Shown: positions 11,401 through 24,412, numbered from the stretch's first letter. The stretch is DNA of 64,000 nucleotides from Macrostomum lignano (GCA_002269645.1 NIVC01000099.1:310001-374000); one strand, 5' to 3'. Notes: a model not told the origin generated them from the letters alone. Translations and numbers: made by a program.

Positions 11401-12856
11401 ATGCACCGAGAGGGACTGGGAATCTCTAGCTAAGGGTTCTGGAGGGACCGAACCGGGAACCGGGGCGCTAAGAGAGACCGACCGACACTGGCTCAGAAAG
11501 CAAATCAAATGTACCATATACATTGTTACGTGCGCTAAAATTAAGAACGGTGCCAAACATGCAAGGGCGCTGCCTCGGATTGCTAGATTAACATAGATTT
11601 AGATTTAGCGGGGGAAAATACACGTTTTTTGGGATCTTCAAACTGCCCTATTATTAAAAAAATGTAGGCATTTTGACTCGAGTGGTAAGAGACAAAGAGC
11701 TGCGAATAAATGTAGTGAATGGTTGAGAAAAACGTTTTTTGGGGCAAGCCTCATTAGGTAAATATTCTGTTTGTCGCCTAACGTCAGTAAGCAAACTTCG
11801 GCTTAAAATAATGAAAAGAGCCGACTATCACACAATATTTGTCTTCTTCGATCTAGTTGATAATTTAAAGAGACATTAAAGGATGCCTTCGAATTTATTA
11901 GTTTTACCATCCTCAGTAAAGCAATTGATAACTTGACTAACTATAGTTATATAGCGTGTGAATTGGAGCATTGTAAGTAACTTCTTAGAACTATGATTTT
12001 TATTTGTTGTATTTCTGAAACACTAGTCTTCGGGGTCGGTAGGATGTATAGTGTACAGCTTATGCGATGCGTACATGTATAGACGGGTCATTGCTTGCCT
12101 GCGTTAGGACAGAAGTGCTCAGCAGCTTTCCTCCGAAATCTGGAGCGCAGGATGCTCCCACGTGACTGGTACTCGCACCAGGACGCTGATACACCAGCCA
12201 CCTGCAGCCAGACGTCACGCACAGGCTGACTTCCAATAAAAGCAAGTACGTGTACAGCATGACAAGTAACCTAAACTGAGTCGGCTCTAAAATATACGGA
12301 CCCATGGCTTTGCATTGAAAGAAGTAAGACAGAGTGGCGTACTCATTTGGCGGAAGGAGGTGGCACAAGTGGGCGATACGACGAGGTCCTCTCGATTTTT
12401 TAACTTCTGTCGAGTTTACAGTTGTAGGTATCATATGTTTGCGCTAATTTTCCTTTGTTTTTGATCAGCTTCTAACATTTTTTATTATTTCTGGTTAAGA
12501 ATCCAGCCGAAGTTAACAAAAGATTTTTTCGCCAAACATTATCGTAAGTCAAAATCCTTGAACTTAATCGTTAGCTGTTGCTGTCAATCATAGCCAATGA
12601 CAGCTGCCTAGATGTCATAAAGAACATAGTTATTAATAAACATACTCATACCAGTAGATGCGCAATTTTTTTAATCCATCCGGCCATTTCTACGGACTAA
12701 CGCACACGTGTAATGAAGGTCTTTGCTAGACGAAACAGTTTTCACGTGATAATGCATGCATGATCTAAGCTGATGGCTGACGACACCGCTTGTTACCAAA
12801 AATGTAGTTGATACAGAGAGACAGGCGCGTGCTTAGTTGATAGAGATCGTTTGAAT

Positions 12857-12932
12857 CGTTAGAATCGTTAGAGTTAGAATCGTTAGAATCGTTAGAATCG
12901 TTAGAATCGTTAAAAGAGTTAGGTCGTTAGAA
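12857..12932. repeat. (AATCGTTAG)n tail-like repeat abutting the 12926-13146 element
   Basis: About 7 imperfect 9-bp units. Confidence 0.85.
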
Positions 12933-13146
12933 TCGATTCGGCATAAAAATGATATCGCTGATTTATCGCGATTCGCGCGCAATGAGCCGTTATAAATTTC
13001 CTCTTATTTCCCGCCGCTGTTTCTGCCAGTTCGCACCTTCAGCCTCGGTGCGCCGCTCGGTCGCAGCAACTCATCCGTGACCGGTCTCTGTGCAATGTTG
13101 TGACAAATTGTTGGAACAATTCGGTTTAGGAAGGGGCTCGCAAATT
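12926..13146 (-). repeat. Inverted copy of the 5072-5293 repeat
   Basis: Manual alignment, roughly 80% identity by eye. Confidence 0.9.
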
Positions 13147-13409
13147 ATCTGTCGGAGCCTTTATCTGTCGGAAACAGAACAAAATTTAGGCAATTTAATT
13201 TTTTTGGATAAAATTTCATACAAATGCTGAAGTAAAAAAATGCAAAAAATTAGTTCATGCTTTTGTTTTTGGACTAAAGCTCATTTTACACCGCCATCAA
13301 GGCTAATTTTGTGTAATCACACGGCTTGTACATGTGATTTTTCACTCCATGTCGCATATGTGATCTGATTGTCAATTTAATAGCAGTGTGAATCAAGCCT
13401 TTTGGCGAG

Positions 13410-14660
13410 GATGAGGCGAGAAAGAGCTGAAAAGAGAGAAGAGGGGAGAGAGGAGAGAAGAGGGGAGAGAGGAGAGAGGAGGGGAGAGGGGAGAGAGGAG
13501 AGAAGATGGAAGAGAGGAGAGAAGAGGGAAGAGAGGAGAGAAGAGGGGAGAGAGGAGAGAAGATGGAAGAGAGGAGAGAAGAGGGAAGAGAGAAGAGAAG
13601 AGGGAAGAGAGAAGAGAAGAGGGGAGAGAGGAGAGAGGAGGGGAGAGAGGAGAGAAGAGGGAGAGAGGAGAGAAGAGGGGAGAGAGGAGAGAGGAGGGGA
13701 GAGAGGAGAGAAGAGGGAGAGAGGAGAGAAGAGGGAGAGAGGAGAGAAGAGGGGAGAGAGGAGAGAGGAGGGGAGAGAGGAGAGAAGAGGGAGAGAAGAG
13801 AGAAGAGGGAGAGAGGAGAGAAGAGGGGAGAGAGGAGAGAGGAGGGGAGAGAGGAGAGAAGAGGGAGAGAGGAGAGAAGAGGGGAGAGAGGAGAGAAGAG
13901 GGAAGAGAGAAGAGAAGAGGGAGAGAGGAGAGAAGAGGGGAGAGAGGAGAGAAGAGGGGAGAGAGGAGAGAAGAGGGGAGAGAGGAGAGAAGAGGGGAGA
14001 GAGGAGAGAAGAGGGGAGAGAGGAGAGAAGAGGGGAGAGAGGAGAGAAGAGGGGAGAGAGGAGAGAGGAGGGGAGAGAGGAGAGAAGAGGGGAGAGAGGA
14101 GAGAAGAGGGCAGAGAGGAGAGAGGAGGGGAGAGAGGAGAGAAGAGGGGAGAGAGGAGAGAAGAGGGGAGAGAGGAGAGAAGAGGGCAGAGAGGAGAGAA
14201 GAGGGGAGAGAGGAGAGAGGAGGGGAGAGAGGAGAGAGGAGGGGAGAGAGGAGAGAAGAGGGAGAGAGGAGAGAAGAGGGGAGAGAGGAGAGAGGAGGGG
14301 AGAGAGGAGAGAAGAGGGAGAGAGGAGAAAAGAGGGGAGAGAGGAGAGAGGAGGGGAGAGAGGAGAGAAGAGGGAGAGAGGAGAGAAGAGGGAAGAGAGG
14401 AGAGAAGAGGGAAGAGAGGAGAGAGGAGGGGAGAGAGGAGAGAAGAGGGAGAGAGGAGAGAAGAGGGGAGAGAGGAGAAAAGAGGGGAGAGAGGAGAGAG
14501 GAGGGGAGAGAGGAGAGAAGAGGGAGAGAGGAGAGAAGAGGGAGAGAGGAGAGAGGAGGGGAGAGAGGAGAGAAGAGGGAGAGAGGAGAGAAGAGGGGAG
14601 AGAGGAGAGAAGAGGGGAGAGGAGAGAAGAGGGGAGAGGAGAGAAGAGGGGAGAGGAGAG
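13410..14660. repeat. Polypurine (GA-rich) simple-repeat array
   Basis: Almost only G and A on the + strand; units GAGAGGAGAGAAGAGGG(G). Confidence 0.97.
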
Positions 14661-14869
14661 ACGACACAAACCTCGAGTGGGCCGGATTTCTAGTGAAGTT
14701 TCGGATAGAGAAGCTTCATGAGCCGCATGCGTTTGCTTTTTTACGTTTGAGTTTGCCTACCCCTGATTTACAGAAATTATACTTTAAAAAGCGGCAGCAA
14801 TAATTGTAATACTTACATTGTACAGAGCTACAGTTGACTTACATGTACGAGTCCATAAATGAGAAGAGG

Positions 14870-15218
14870 CAAGGAAGCCTCTATGGTCGCTGCGCTCCCC
14901 AGGAAGGGACACTATTTTAGGCAGCATACAAGTTTAGGGGTAAAAACCCAATTGGAAAGCAGTGAATGAGTAGGAAAATGCAACGTTTTTTCATTTCTAT
15001 GAATGATAACTTTTTAACTACGAGCGTAAAAGTCATAGAAAGATGCGGTTTGCACTATTCAACGAAAGTTCGCGTAAAAACTGCTCTATAGCGAGAAATC
15101 GATAAGCAGCAGCATCATTTCATATTCTATGCCATTCCCCTAAACTTGTATAGCGGAGTGGGGTGGGGCGGGTGAGTGTCGCTTCCTGGGGAGCGCAGCG
15201 ACCATAGAGGCTTCCCTG
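14870..15218. mobile_element. 349-bp MITE with about 44-bp TIRs and a 7-bp TSD GAAGAGG (P-element-like termini)
   Basis: Left CAAGGAAGCCTCTATGGTCGCTGCGCTCCCCAGGAAGGGACACT; the right end is its reverse complement with 2 mismatches; GAAGAGG at 14863-14869 and 15219-15225. Confidence 0.88.
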
Positions 15219-16232
15219 GAAGAGGAGAGAGAGATTTCATGGCATATTGAGTTTGTAAAATGTCTATTTAACAGGCGACTGCATTGGTTTCAAGCCTTTT
15301 GGGATTTTCGTCAAAGCCATGCAAAAATTAGAGTGGCGCTTTTACATCTCCGAAACTTCATATCCTGTTTGCACATGCAAACAACTTTTCTTGTTAGTCC
15401 GGTCGACACAGTTCATAGAGTTGCGAGGTAGCTCGATCTTGGTCCGCGATGCCTCTAACAAAAAATTCAATCTTTTTTCGCAGTGCATTTCAGCAAGCGC
15501 CAATATAACATTAACATAGAATTTTGCAGTTGTCAATGTGGAATTTTGAGGGCGCGCAAGCGCATATGCCCTGAATATGCGCCGTAGTACCTTTGGCCTT
15601 TCTTTTGCCGATGTCTGCTTCGCTTAAATCCACAGCGATGACAAAGAAGCTCAATATTGAGATGAATCTGTTCGAGCCAAACCTATGTACAATTTCAAAG
15701 CAATCAGCTGCGGCTGCAAGTCCCAGAAACGCCGGGATCCAACTGATGAAAAACAATGATCGAACTGCAAAGTCAATCTGGGACTGCGAGGGAGGCCGAG
15801 GACAAAGTGGCTTGTTTGGGCGCATGGTTACTGCATCGCAGCAGGGCGGGCAACCGGGTGTTTCTGTGAATGGACGTACGTTTCGAATACTAGGTAGCCA
15901 GACACTTTGGTGCCAGAGCAAGTGAAACCTCTGCAGAAAATTGAGTTTCAGAGGAGTGTCATTTAATTCCTTGAAATGTTAAATATTTATAGTTTATGGG
16001 GCGTATGACTGATATTGATATTAACACAGAAGATTTTTCTTTGTGTTTCCATATACTGATTTATTGAAAGAAAGAACACATTAACCTAGAAGTGTGGGCG
16101 ATTTCTGTGTTTTGAATTTAAGGCGGTTTTTCAAAAATATCTTGGTGAGGGAGGTTTTCAAAATAATTGCTGTAGGGATTGGCAATTATTTTGCGCTCGA
16201 ATTCGCGTGCTTCAAGTCGGAAAATTTAGCGC

Positions 16233-16475
16233 TGTGGCGGTGCACAGCCGGTATCGAGAACTTAGGGCGTTCGCACACAGGCTCCAGGACTCCTGGCTGG
16301 TGGGGTGACTCCACCCAGCCAACCAGCTTGATGTGTCTGGGGAAAATGACTCACGCTTCTGTGTGCGCACCTCCCTGTTATGTTATGATAGACTCATAGA
16401 CTCATTCTCTGTGTGTTTGATTTATGTCTATGGACACGACTAATAAACGAGTGTTAAAGAGCACTTATAACTACA
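16233..16475 (+). mobile_element. Possible solo or orphan LTR
   Basis: TGTGG...CTACA ends and AATAAA near 16442; no matching TSD found. Confidence 0.35.
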
Positions 16476-16519
16476 CAGCTGCTCTATATCCATACAAGCA
16501 TCTGGAAACATAAGACTTC

Positions 16520-18115
16520 TGTGTCGCAACACAACACTCCCTATGCCCGATTGCCCATTACAGTGTAACTTTATATAAGAACTCTGCCTGACAAATAAAC
16601 CCTTGTCTCTCGCACCTTCTCTTGCGAGCCTCTAAATTGGTGAGCCCGACTGCCTCAGCCGTAGCTGAGACGACATGTCTGAATCCGCTGTAACTCCTTA
16701 ACTGCCCACGTTTTGGGCCTCCCAGCCCCGGGCTCGGTTCGTCCAGGCCGAGGCTCAATTCAAATTGCGCAGCATCACCTCAGATGACACGAAGTATGCG
16801 CATGTTATCGCTGCACTCGACCAGCAAACGGCCGAACGCCTACGCGATGTGCTGGAGCAACCGCCTGCGAAGGCGAAGTACGACAGACTGCCTACTCGGC
16901 ATGTCCGGCCTCGGAGACAGGCGGCCCTCAAAGCTGATGGATCAAATGTTGGCTCTGATGGGGGACCATTCCTGCCTGCTCTTTGAGGAGCTGTTTCGCC
17001 AGCAGCTTCCCGCCGACGTCAGGATGGCCATCGAAACGGCCGATTTCAGCGATCCTCGGGCGGCCGCGCAGCTGGCTGACAAGCTGTGGTCCAGCCGGCC
17101 ACAGCCAGTTGCTAACTTTGGTCCAGCAGCCAGCAGCCAGCTTCAGACTCAGCCAGCCAGCAGGCCCAGCCAGCCATCCTCGCAGCCAGCAGAGACGGCA
17201 ACCGCGAGTCCAAGCAGGACCGCAACCGCCCCGTCGACGGGCGTTGCAGCTACCACCGCCGTTTCGGTGCGAAAGCCCGCAACTGCCAGTCTCCGTGCAG
17301 CTTCCAGGGAAACGGGCAGGCCGGCCGTCAGTGAACAGCTCGGCGGCCGGCAACAACAGCAGTCTGCTTCTCATCCCCGACGTGCAGACAGGCCGGCGCT
17401 TCTTGGTCGACACCGGCGCAGAGGTCAGCATCTTCCCCGTCGATGGCTCGGATGCCCGTTTGCACGCGCCAGGCCCGCCGCTCTTCGCAGCCAACGGCAG
17501 CCTCATCCGCACCTTCGGCAGCCGCCAGCTCGCACTCGACCTCGGCATCAAGCAGCTCCTGGCCGTTCATCCTGGCCGAGGTCTTCCGCCCGCTGATCAT
17601 CGGCGCCGACTTCCTGCGGCACCACGGCCTGCTGGTGGACCTACCTCCTGGACGCCCGCTCCCTCGCCAGCTGCTGGGCGAGTTCCCGCCCTGACTGAGC
17701 CCAGTTTCCAACGGGCTGAGCCACGCCATAGAGTCGAGCACCACATCCCCACGCGGGGCCCGCAGGTCCACGCCAGCCCTCGCCGCCTGCCACCGGACAA
17801 GCTGGCGGTGGCCAAGGAGGAGTTCCGGCTCCCGGAGTAGCTCAGCATCGTGCGCCGCTCCAACAGTCCATGGTCTGTTGCACATGGTGCCCAAGGCATC
17901 CGGCGGCTGGCGGCCCTGCGGCAATTTCAGGCGGCTCAACGACGTCACGGTGCCTGACCGATAGCCGGTGCCGCAGATCCAGGACTTCTGCTCGACCTGG
18001 TTCGCGGCTACCACCAAGTGCCCGTGGCCACAGCAGCAGACGTGCCCAAGACCGCCGTCACCACCCCGTTCGGCCTCTTCAAGTTCCTGCGAATGCCGTT
18101 CGCCCTCAAGAATAC
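16520..18115 (+). mobile_element. Decayed Ty3/gypsy LTR retrotransposon (CsRn1-like): 5' LTR remnant, PBS, gag, protease, truncated RT
   Basis: TATATAA and AATAAA precede the PBS. Gag LPTFWASQP...AEAQFKLRSITSDDTKY; knuckle CSYHRRFGAKARNCQSPC; protease FLVDTGAEVS; [43 protein letters not shown]; many frameshifts. Confidence 0.92.
16638..16650 (+). promoter_or_regulatory. Primer-binding site, probably for tRNA-Trp
   Basis: TGGTGAGCCCGAC, one mismatch from TGGTGACCCCGAC; lies just upstream of gag ATG 16675. Confidence 0.7.
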
Positions 18116-20599
18116 TGTCATTAAATATCAATGGAGCTAATTAGAAAGACAGAATATAGCAAAAGATGAACATTGAGTCTTCCAGCTTCTATATCGAAAC
18201 CAATAAAAAATTTTGTGCTTAATAATGGAAACTTAATTCCTATCACCGTAGAGTATTTTTCGGAAAAACCTGCCTCGTAAAGTTTTCTAAGAAACGGGGT
18301 TTTCCGGTTTTTGATGCTTGAGTAGTCCTTAGCTTAGTGCTTTAATTTTCATGAATGTATAATATGCCAATATACAATACAGTATTGGCATACTGTATAC
18401 GTATACTGCATACTGTATACGGCATACGTCTAGCATGTATTTTAACAAGGACTTCACGTCGTTCCCGAGTATATTTTTAGAAATTCATTTTAACAAATGT
18501 ACATTTTGACAAATACAAATCATTTCATGTGAACTTGTAATTGTTATGACTGTCGCCTTTTTAACTATCGCCCTTTTGATCTGTCGCCTTTTTGATGAGT
18601 TCCCGTTATGTCTGGTTGAAAAAATACCAGTTGACGAAATGCCGGTTGACGAAATGCCGGTTGACGCAATGTCCTGGTCCCCCTAACCATGCCAATAGTA
18701 TCAATCGGAGTCTATCATCACCGTATCGGAATTGGGCCCAACCAACACTGTATATTACATTTAATTATACAAGCTTCATTGCATTTTTTCTGCACTTTTG
18801 TAGAGTTTTGAACTTTTCAGGTTGCACTAGGCCCGATTCCAATTCGTCTGCCAGCAGAGATGAATCATCCAGTACCTGCAGGCAATAATAGCCGTTTGGA
18901 TAAACTTTGTCGCTATATAGTATTGCCAATTTTTGTCAATACTTATGCCGTAGGCCCCCCTATTTGGTGCTACTTTTATGGTTGTTTAACAATGCTTGAC
19001 CTTTTTCAGTTTTGAATTTTGTGATTATATTTATTGAACATTTATATGATTGCTTCCTTCCTTCCTTCCTTGCTACATCTTTTTTGAGCTCTTGGCCATC
19101 TGAATGTTTGCATTTGCAGAATCTTAACCTTTCAAGGCTTTTGCCAAAAAAATTTATGCCTCAACTTTGTCTTATTAGTTTTTTTAAATTATCTTGATCT
19201 CTTCTAGCCTAGATATAGTCATATAGGCCCTATTTAGGTCTCAATCAAGGGTTCACAATCAGATCAGGTATGGATCTAGAGAATTTTGGACAGGGGTGCA
19301 GATTGCTAAGGTATTATGATGACAATATATATGTGTATATACATAAGTCAATAGGCCTTGATGTGTATTTTTTATATAAAAAATTCTAACTTGCCAAGGG
19401 GGCGCACGCCTTATGTGCCAGTGCCTCCCCTCTAAATCTGCTACTACTACTAGTTTATCTACACAATAATATGTATTTTCACTAATAAATATAAAAAGGG
19501 GGATATGCCTAGATGCCCTATCATTAGACCTATGTACCTCTTTTATAGTTATAAATCTGCCACTTTATAAATTTACAATCAAGGATTCATGATTAAGCAT
19601 TGTTTATAAAGATGGCAATATCTTTATATTGAATAATGCAACCCTTTCCTCGTTACCCCTTTTTATAATTTTTGGCATTTAGAATTTTGGCATTGCTATA
19701 TTATCTATTTTATAATCCTTGTGTTGATATAGTCTTTAGGCCTTATAGTTGTCTTTTTATAAGTTTTTGTTATATTTTGTTTTTATTAAATATATAATAT
19801 AATATAATTATAATATATATCTAAAGCTGAGTGGATCGATCGACCGGCTGGGTTTAACGCGTATCTCCTCCTAAACGGCTGGCAACTCAAATGCGCGACT
19901 TATATATATCAATGCAGAATTTTCCTACGCAACAAATAGGCTATTTTAATGTTGAAATTTTCAAAATTAAGCCTGCTAAAAAAGCAGAAAACTGTTTTCT
20001 TAACCTTCTTTGGCCACTTTGCCTCTCCAGTGGCATTAGTTGTAAAAACAACCACCCCAACCTCCCCCCACAGGTCGCTGTGTATTGGAGGGGTGGGTGA
20101 TGCGTGTTCTGGGTTCAATGCTAATAAAACCCCCGCGTGTTGGGGGGTTCAGTTAAACTTAATGATTCCCCCCAGAACGGAAGGTTGGTTTGGGCTGAGT
20201 GTACATAGCAATGTACATTGTAAACAGATAGATAGGACTGTGTCGAGATTCAATTGGTTTTATTATCGGCACCTTTCAAAAGGCAGCCCTGGCTGTATAT
20301 TAGCTGGGCAGTGAAATTCAATGAATAAACAGCAGGCAGGTGAATGTACACTCGATACTTAATGCTTTGAAGCTTTGCTCGATCTTGCAACGCTAAATTC
20401 GGGGATATAAGTTATTTGCTTTAAATATGAAAACAAAAAGCACAGCATTGAAAAAAACGATTTCCATACTTTTAAACTTTCTGCCAAGATTGTAGTTGGG
20501 AGGAGGTTGCGTACACAAATTCAAGCCAGCTATCATTTGAGGAATTTCAGTAATGGAGGAGGCAGGTGACAAATTTCAATTGGTTTGATTATCGGCGCT

Positions 20600-21370
20600 T
20601 TCAGTCCGTCAGATAAGAGAGTAGAGAGAAGAGATTTCAAGGAGAAGAGAGGATAGAAAGATGATAGAAAAGACAGTAGATATGAGAGCTGTGAGATTAA
20701 AGATGAGTCAACGACAGAGGGGAGAGAAGAGGGGAGTGAGGCGGGAATGATAAAGAGGGAGAGCGAAGAGAAGAGAATGTAGAGGGAAGAAAGGAGGGGA
20801 GAGAGAAAAAATGAGAGAGCAAAGGAGGGAGGTAAGATGGGAGGAGAGAGGAGGGATAAGATAGTACAGAGGAGAGAGAAGAGAGAGGAGAGATGAGACA
20901 GGAGACGGTAGAGAGAAGAGGGGAAAGATGAGAGATGAAAAGGGAAAGGGTAAGAGAGAAAATAGGAGTATGAGAAATGAGAGCAGAGAGGAGAGACGAG
21001 AGAGAAAAGAGAGGAGAGAAAGAGAGGACAGGGTAGAGGAGAGGCGATAGATAAGCGAGTAGAGATGAGAGATGAGAGAGAAGAGGAGAGATAGAGAGAA
21101 ATGAGAGAAGACAGGAGAGAAGAGGGGAGAGAGAGAAGCGAGAAGAGAAGGGAGAGAAGAGAGAGATGAAAAAACAAATGAGAGAGCAAAGGGAAAAGAT
21201 GAGAGAATAGAGATGAGAAAATAGAGATGAGAGCGTAGAGAGGAGAGATGAGAGATGGGAGGTGATTGATAAGAAAGTAAGAGTAGAGATGAGAGAGGAG
21301 ATGGAGAGTAGGAAGCAGAAAGAAGAGATTAGAAAAAGGAGCAAAGAGGAGAGAGGCGACAGGAGAGAGT
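20600..21370. repeat. Degenerate GA-rich low-complexity tract
   Basis: Purine-rich; followed by a unique flank duplicated at 22162. Confidence 0.85.
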
Positions 21371-21679
21371 CTCAGTCTGGACAATGGCAGTCAATTTTTG
21401 TAAACAGGGAAAACATGCTATGATATTTCAGAGGTTTTATGGAGGATTTGGAAGATTTGGAAGATTTTTTGACATATACCCAGACAAGTAAAAAGCATAT
21501 TTTTATAGACTTCAGTTTCATAGTCTTGATTGACTGAAATTTGATAGAGATAATATTTTTTTAAATCGATGGATTATAGCTTGAAGGAGATGATACACGC
21601 TTGATTGCAGTTTAACGGAGAGGATTTTGATGATAGCTGTTTCATGGATAGGATGAAATGGTTAAATGAAAGGGAATAG

Positions 21680-22165
21680 AGAAAAGAGAAAAGGCTAGAG
21701 TAGATAAAAGATTAGATGAAAGAGAACATGAAAAGAGAGAATTAAAAGGGACAGATTAGAGAAAAGAAAAAAAGAGAATAAAGGCGAAAGAAGAGATGAG
21801 GTAATTGAGAGGAGAGAGGAGAGGGGGTAAGAGAGGAGAAAGAGGAGACAGAGGGAGTAGAGCCAAAAGACGAGAGAGAAGAGATAAATTAGCAGAGATG
21901 AAGGGAGAGAGAGGAGAGAGAAGCAAGAGGATAAGGGAGAGAGGAGAGGGGAGAAAGTAGAGAGATGAGAGAGCAGAGAGGAGATAAAGGAGAGGAGAGA
22001 AAAGCGATAAAAGAGGAGAGAGGAAAAAGTTGAGAGGAGAAAGTAGTGAGGAGAGATAAGAGAGTAGAGATGAGAAATGATAGATAAGCGAGGAGATGAG
22101 AGCAGAGAGAAGATAGCAGAGATTAGAGATGAGAGAGCAAAAAGGAGAGAGGAGACAGACGAGAG
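21680..22165. repeat. Second degenerate GA-rich tract
   Basis: Ends in GAGTCTCAGTCTGGACAATGGCAG, as does the tract ending at 21370. Confidence 0.85.
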
Positions 22166-22989
22166 TCTCAGTCTGGACAATGGCAGGCAGTCAAGTTTTG
22201 CACACAGGTAAAACAACATGGTTTTTGGGAGGTTAATAGAGGATTTGGAAAGGATTTGGACGATGGTATTGGATTGGATTCAGCTGATGGTTTCGGGGAA
22301 TGAAATTCTGGCGATGGGAGTTCCATCCCCTCACTCCGCCAATGGAGGAGTTGGCCTCGTAATATATATTTACATTTATTGTTAATATAAATTTATATAT
22401 ATTGCCATAAACTTTTGAATAATAGGCTATCAAACTTGTAATAAAGCAAATTAGAGCACCTTGCTATACAAATCTAGTTTAAAATATGAATTGTTTTAAA
22501 GTATATTGTACTTTTAAAATGACTATGGATTTTGATTGGATGATATATAAATTGCCATTGTCAGCATGTATATTTTCTATAATTATATAGTAAGTACTAT
22601 ATATATAGCTATTTTAATAAAGTCCATAGTCCCAAGTATACACCATGCACGCAAGAATTTTTTTGCTTTGCATGCTATATGCAGGAGGAGGGTTGGACCA
22701 AATTCACCAAGTGTACGCCAACAGAGTAGGGGGTTAGACCATGGAGGGCAGCTACAGAGGCTTCGAGTCTAATTCTACAAAACAATTGTGACAGGCTTCT
22801 TGGTCCTATCTTTACAAATATCCTACTGCTGGTACCTGCTATGACAGTGCTTATGGCTCTGCCCTTTAAATCCTAACTGGTAATACTAGTGTTTATTAAA
22901 TTTCTATGAGCTGCCACCAAAGTTGTCTGAGTTTAGTTTCTATCTTAATACTTCTAACTGTTTCTTAGAATCTCATATATCTCTGGGTA

Positions 22990-23285
22990 CATACATGCGC
23001 AACAGTTGGCCGAGTCAGCCAATCTGGCCAACCAATTTGGTGGCCAACCAAGGAAGTCGCAAAAATGCCCACCCAAAAAACACAAAGTAGTAGTACTAAG
23101 TAGCTGATAATGCATTTTGGCTTTTTAAGACAGTCATAGTTACTCCTGCCATTTATCCAAAGTTGCGTTAATTTTGCTTTTGGGTTTTTTTACATGTAAG
23201 TCACATTTTTGGCCAAAAACTACATTGCATTTTTGTTAAAACTGAGTTGCATGGCCAACCAAATCTTGGAGGTTGCGCATGTATA
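22990..23285. mobile_element. 296-bp MITE (hAT- or P-type), CpG-decayed copy, 8-bp TSD TCTGGGTA
   Basis: TIR CATACATGCGCAAC...GTTGCGCATGTATA; TCTGGGTA at 22982-22989 and 23286-23293. Confidence 0.93.
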
Positions 23286-24412
23286 TCTGGGTAGCATTCT
23301 TGGTAGCGTTCTTAGTATATATTTTGGTAGTATTTTATGTATGGCCTGAGCAGTCTAGTACTAGTACATGAGTTAGTTAGTCCTAATTGGGCATTTACCG
23401 AGACTAGAGGGTCACGGTGCCTCTTAGTATATCTTGGAGAATTAGTCCCAGTTCCTTCTCTTAGCAAATTTCTTAGAATTGTTTCTTAGTCTTTCTTAAA
23501 TGAATAAGCTGCTTTCAACTCCAAAGTCTCTAACTAAGGATTTTCTAGCTTGAACTGTTATTCGCTTGCAAACAAATGCTTATTGAAGCATGGACAGTTG
23601 GTTTATTTGGCTGCAAATTTGCTCCTATTGATACCCCAAATTTCCCAATACAGTTATAACAAAAAATATTTCCCCAATTTATTTTGTGCAGTAAAACAAA
23701 ATACACAGTGCATTAAAACAAAATATTTATTTTGCCCGAATTCAGTTTTCTAAGAAATCATACATTATTACTCATACAGTATTTGAGCACTATTACACAA
23801 TGTCTAATAAAGTATTCATTTTTAATGAGAGACAGCAGATAAACAACTTATAGAAATGCTTATATATTGTAGTGACCTAAATAATAATATATTACTTTGT
23901 AGTAATAAAAACATTGTGTATTTTATCTTTATTATAAAATAATCATTTTAAAAAGTATCATATAATGTTTTCAAAAGCCTAAAAATTCCTATGAGGCATA
24001 GCTATAGTGGCAAGTTCATAGCTCTGATAGTATCTAAAAAGAATGCTAGTAGAATGCTAAAAAAACTTTAAATGCAGCGCTATTGCACAAAACAGGCCAA
24101 AAAAACTTTTCTGACTCCTTGTCCTTGCTGCATGCTATGCACATGGTATTAGACTGCCTGGAACCTTGTTGCACATGAGAATTTTTCCCACAAAACAGCA
24201 TCTTCAAGAGTATGGAATGTAATATATATTTATAATTTTTTAGAAATAACTCCTAGAGCCAAACTAAATCCCTTAAAGTGGGCAATTTTTCAATATACCA
24301 AATATTTGTTCTATCTCTAGTATAAGATTCTATCCTAGGTTAGCAACATTAGAAAGTTGCTGTTATGCACTAGTGAGCAATGTCTTATACTATTTTGAAA
24401 TAAAAGATATAT

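Noticed and set aside
12052-12256. TGTACA...AATAAA...TGTACA solo-LTR candidate
   Set aside because: Flanks do not form a TSD and no second copy is present.
13377-14721. Four ORFs of about 400 aa (ER-rich and SLP-rich)
   Set aside because: Translations of a GA-only repeat that cannot contain stops; not genes.
19829-19890. Structured RNA candidate near CTCCTCCTAAACGGCTGG
   Set aside because: No ribozyme core; more like a short transposon remnant.
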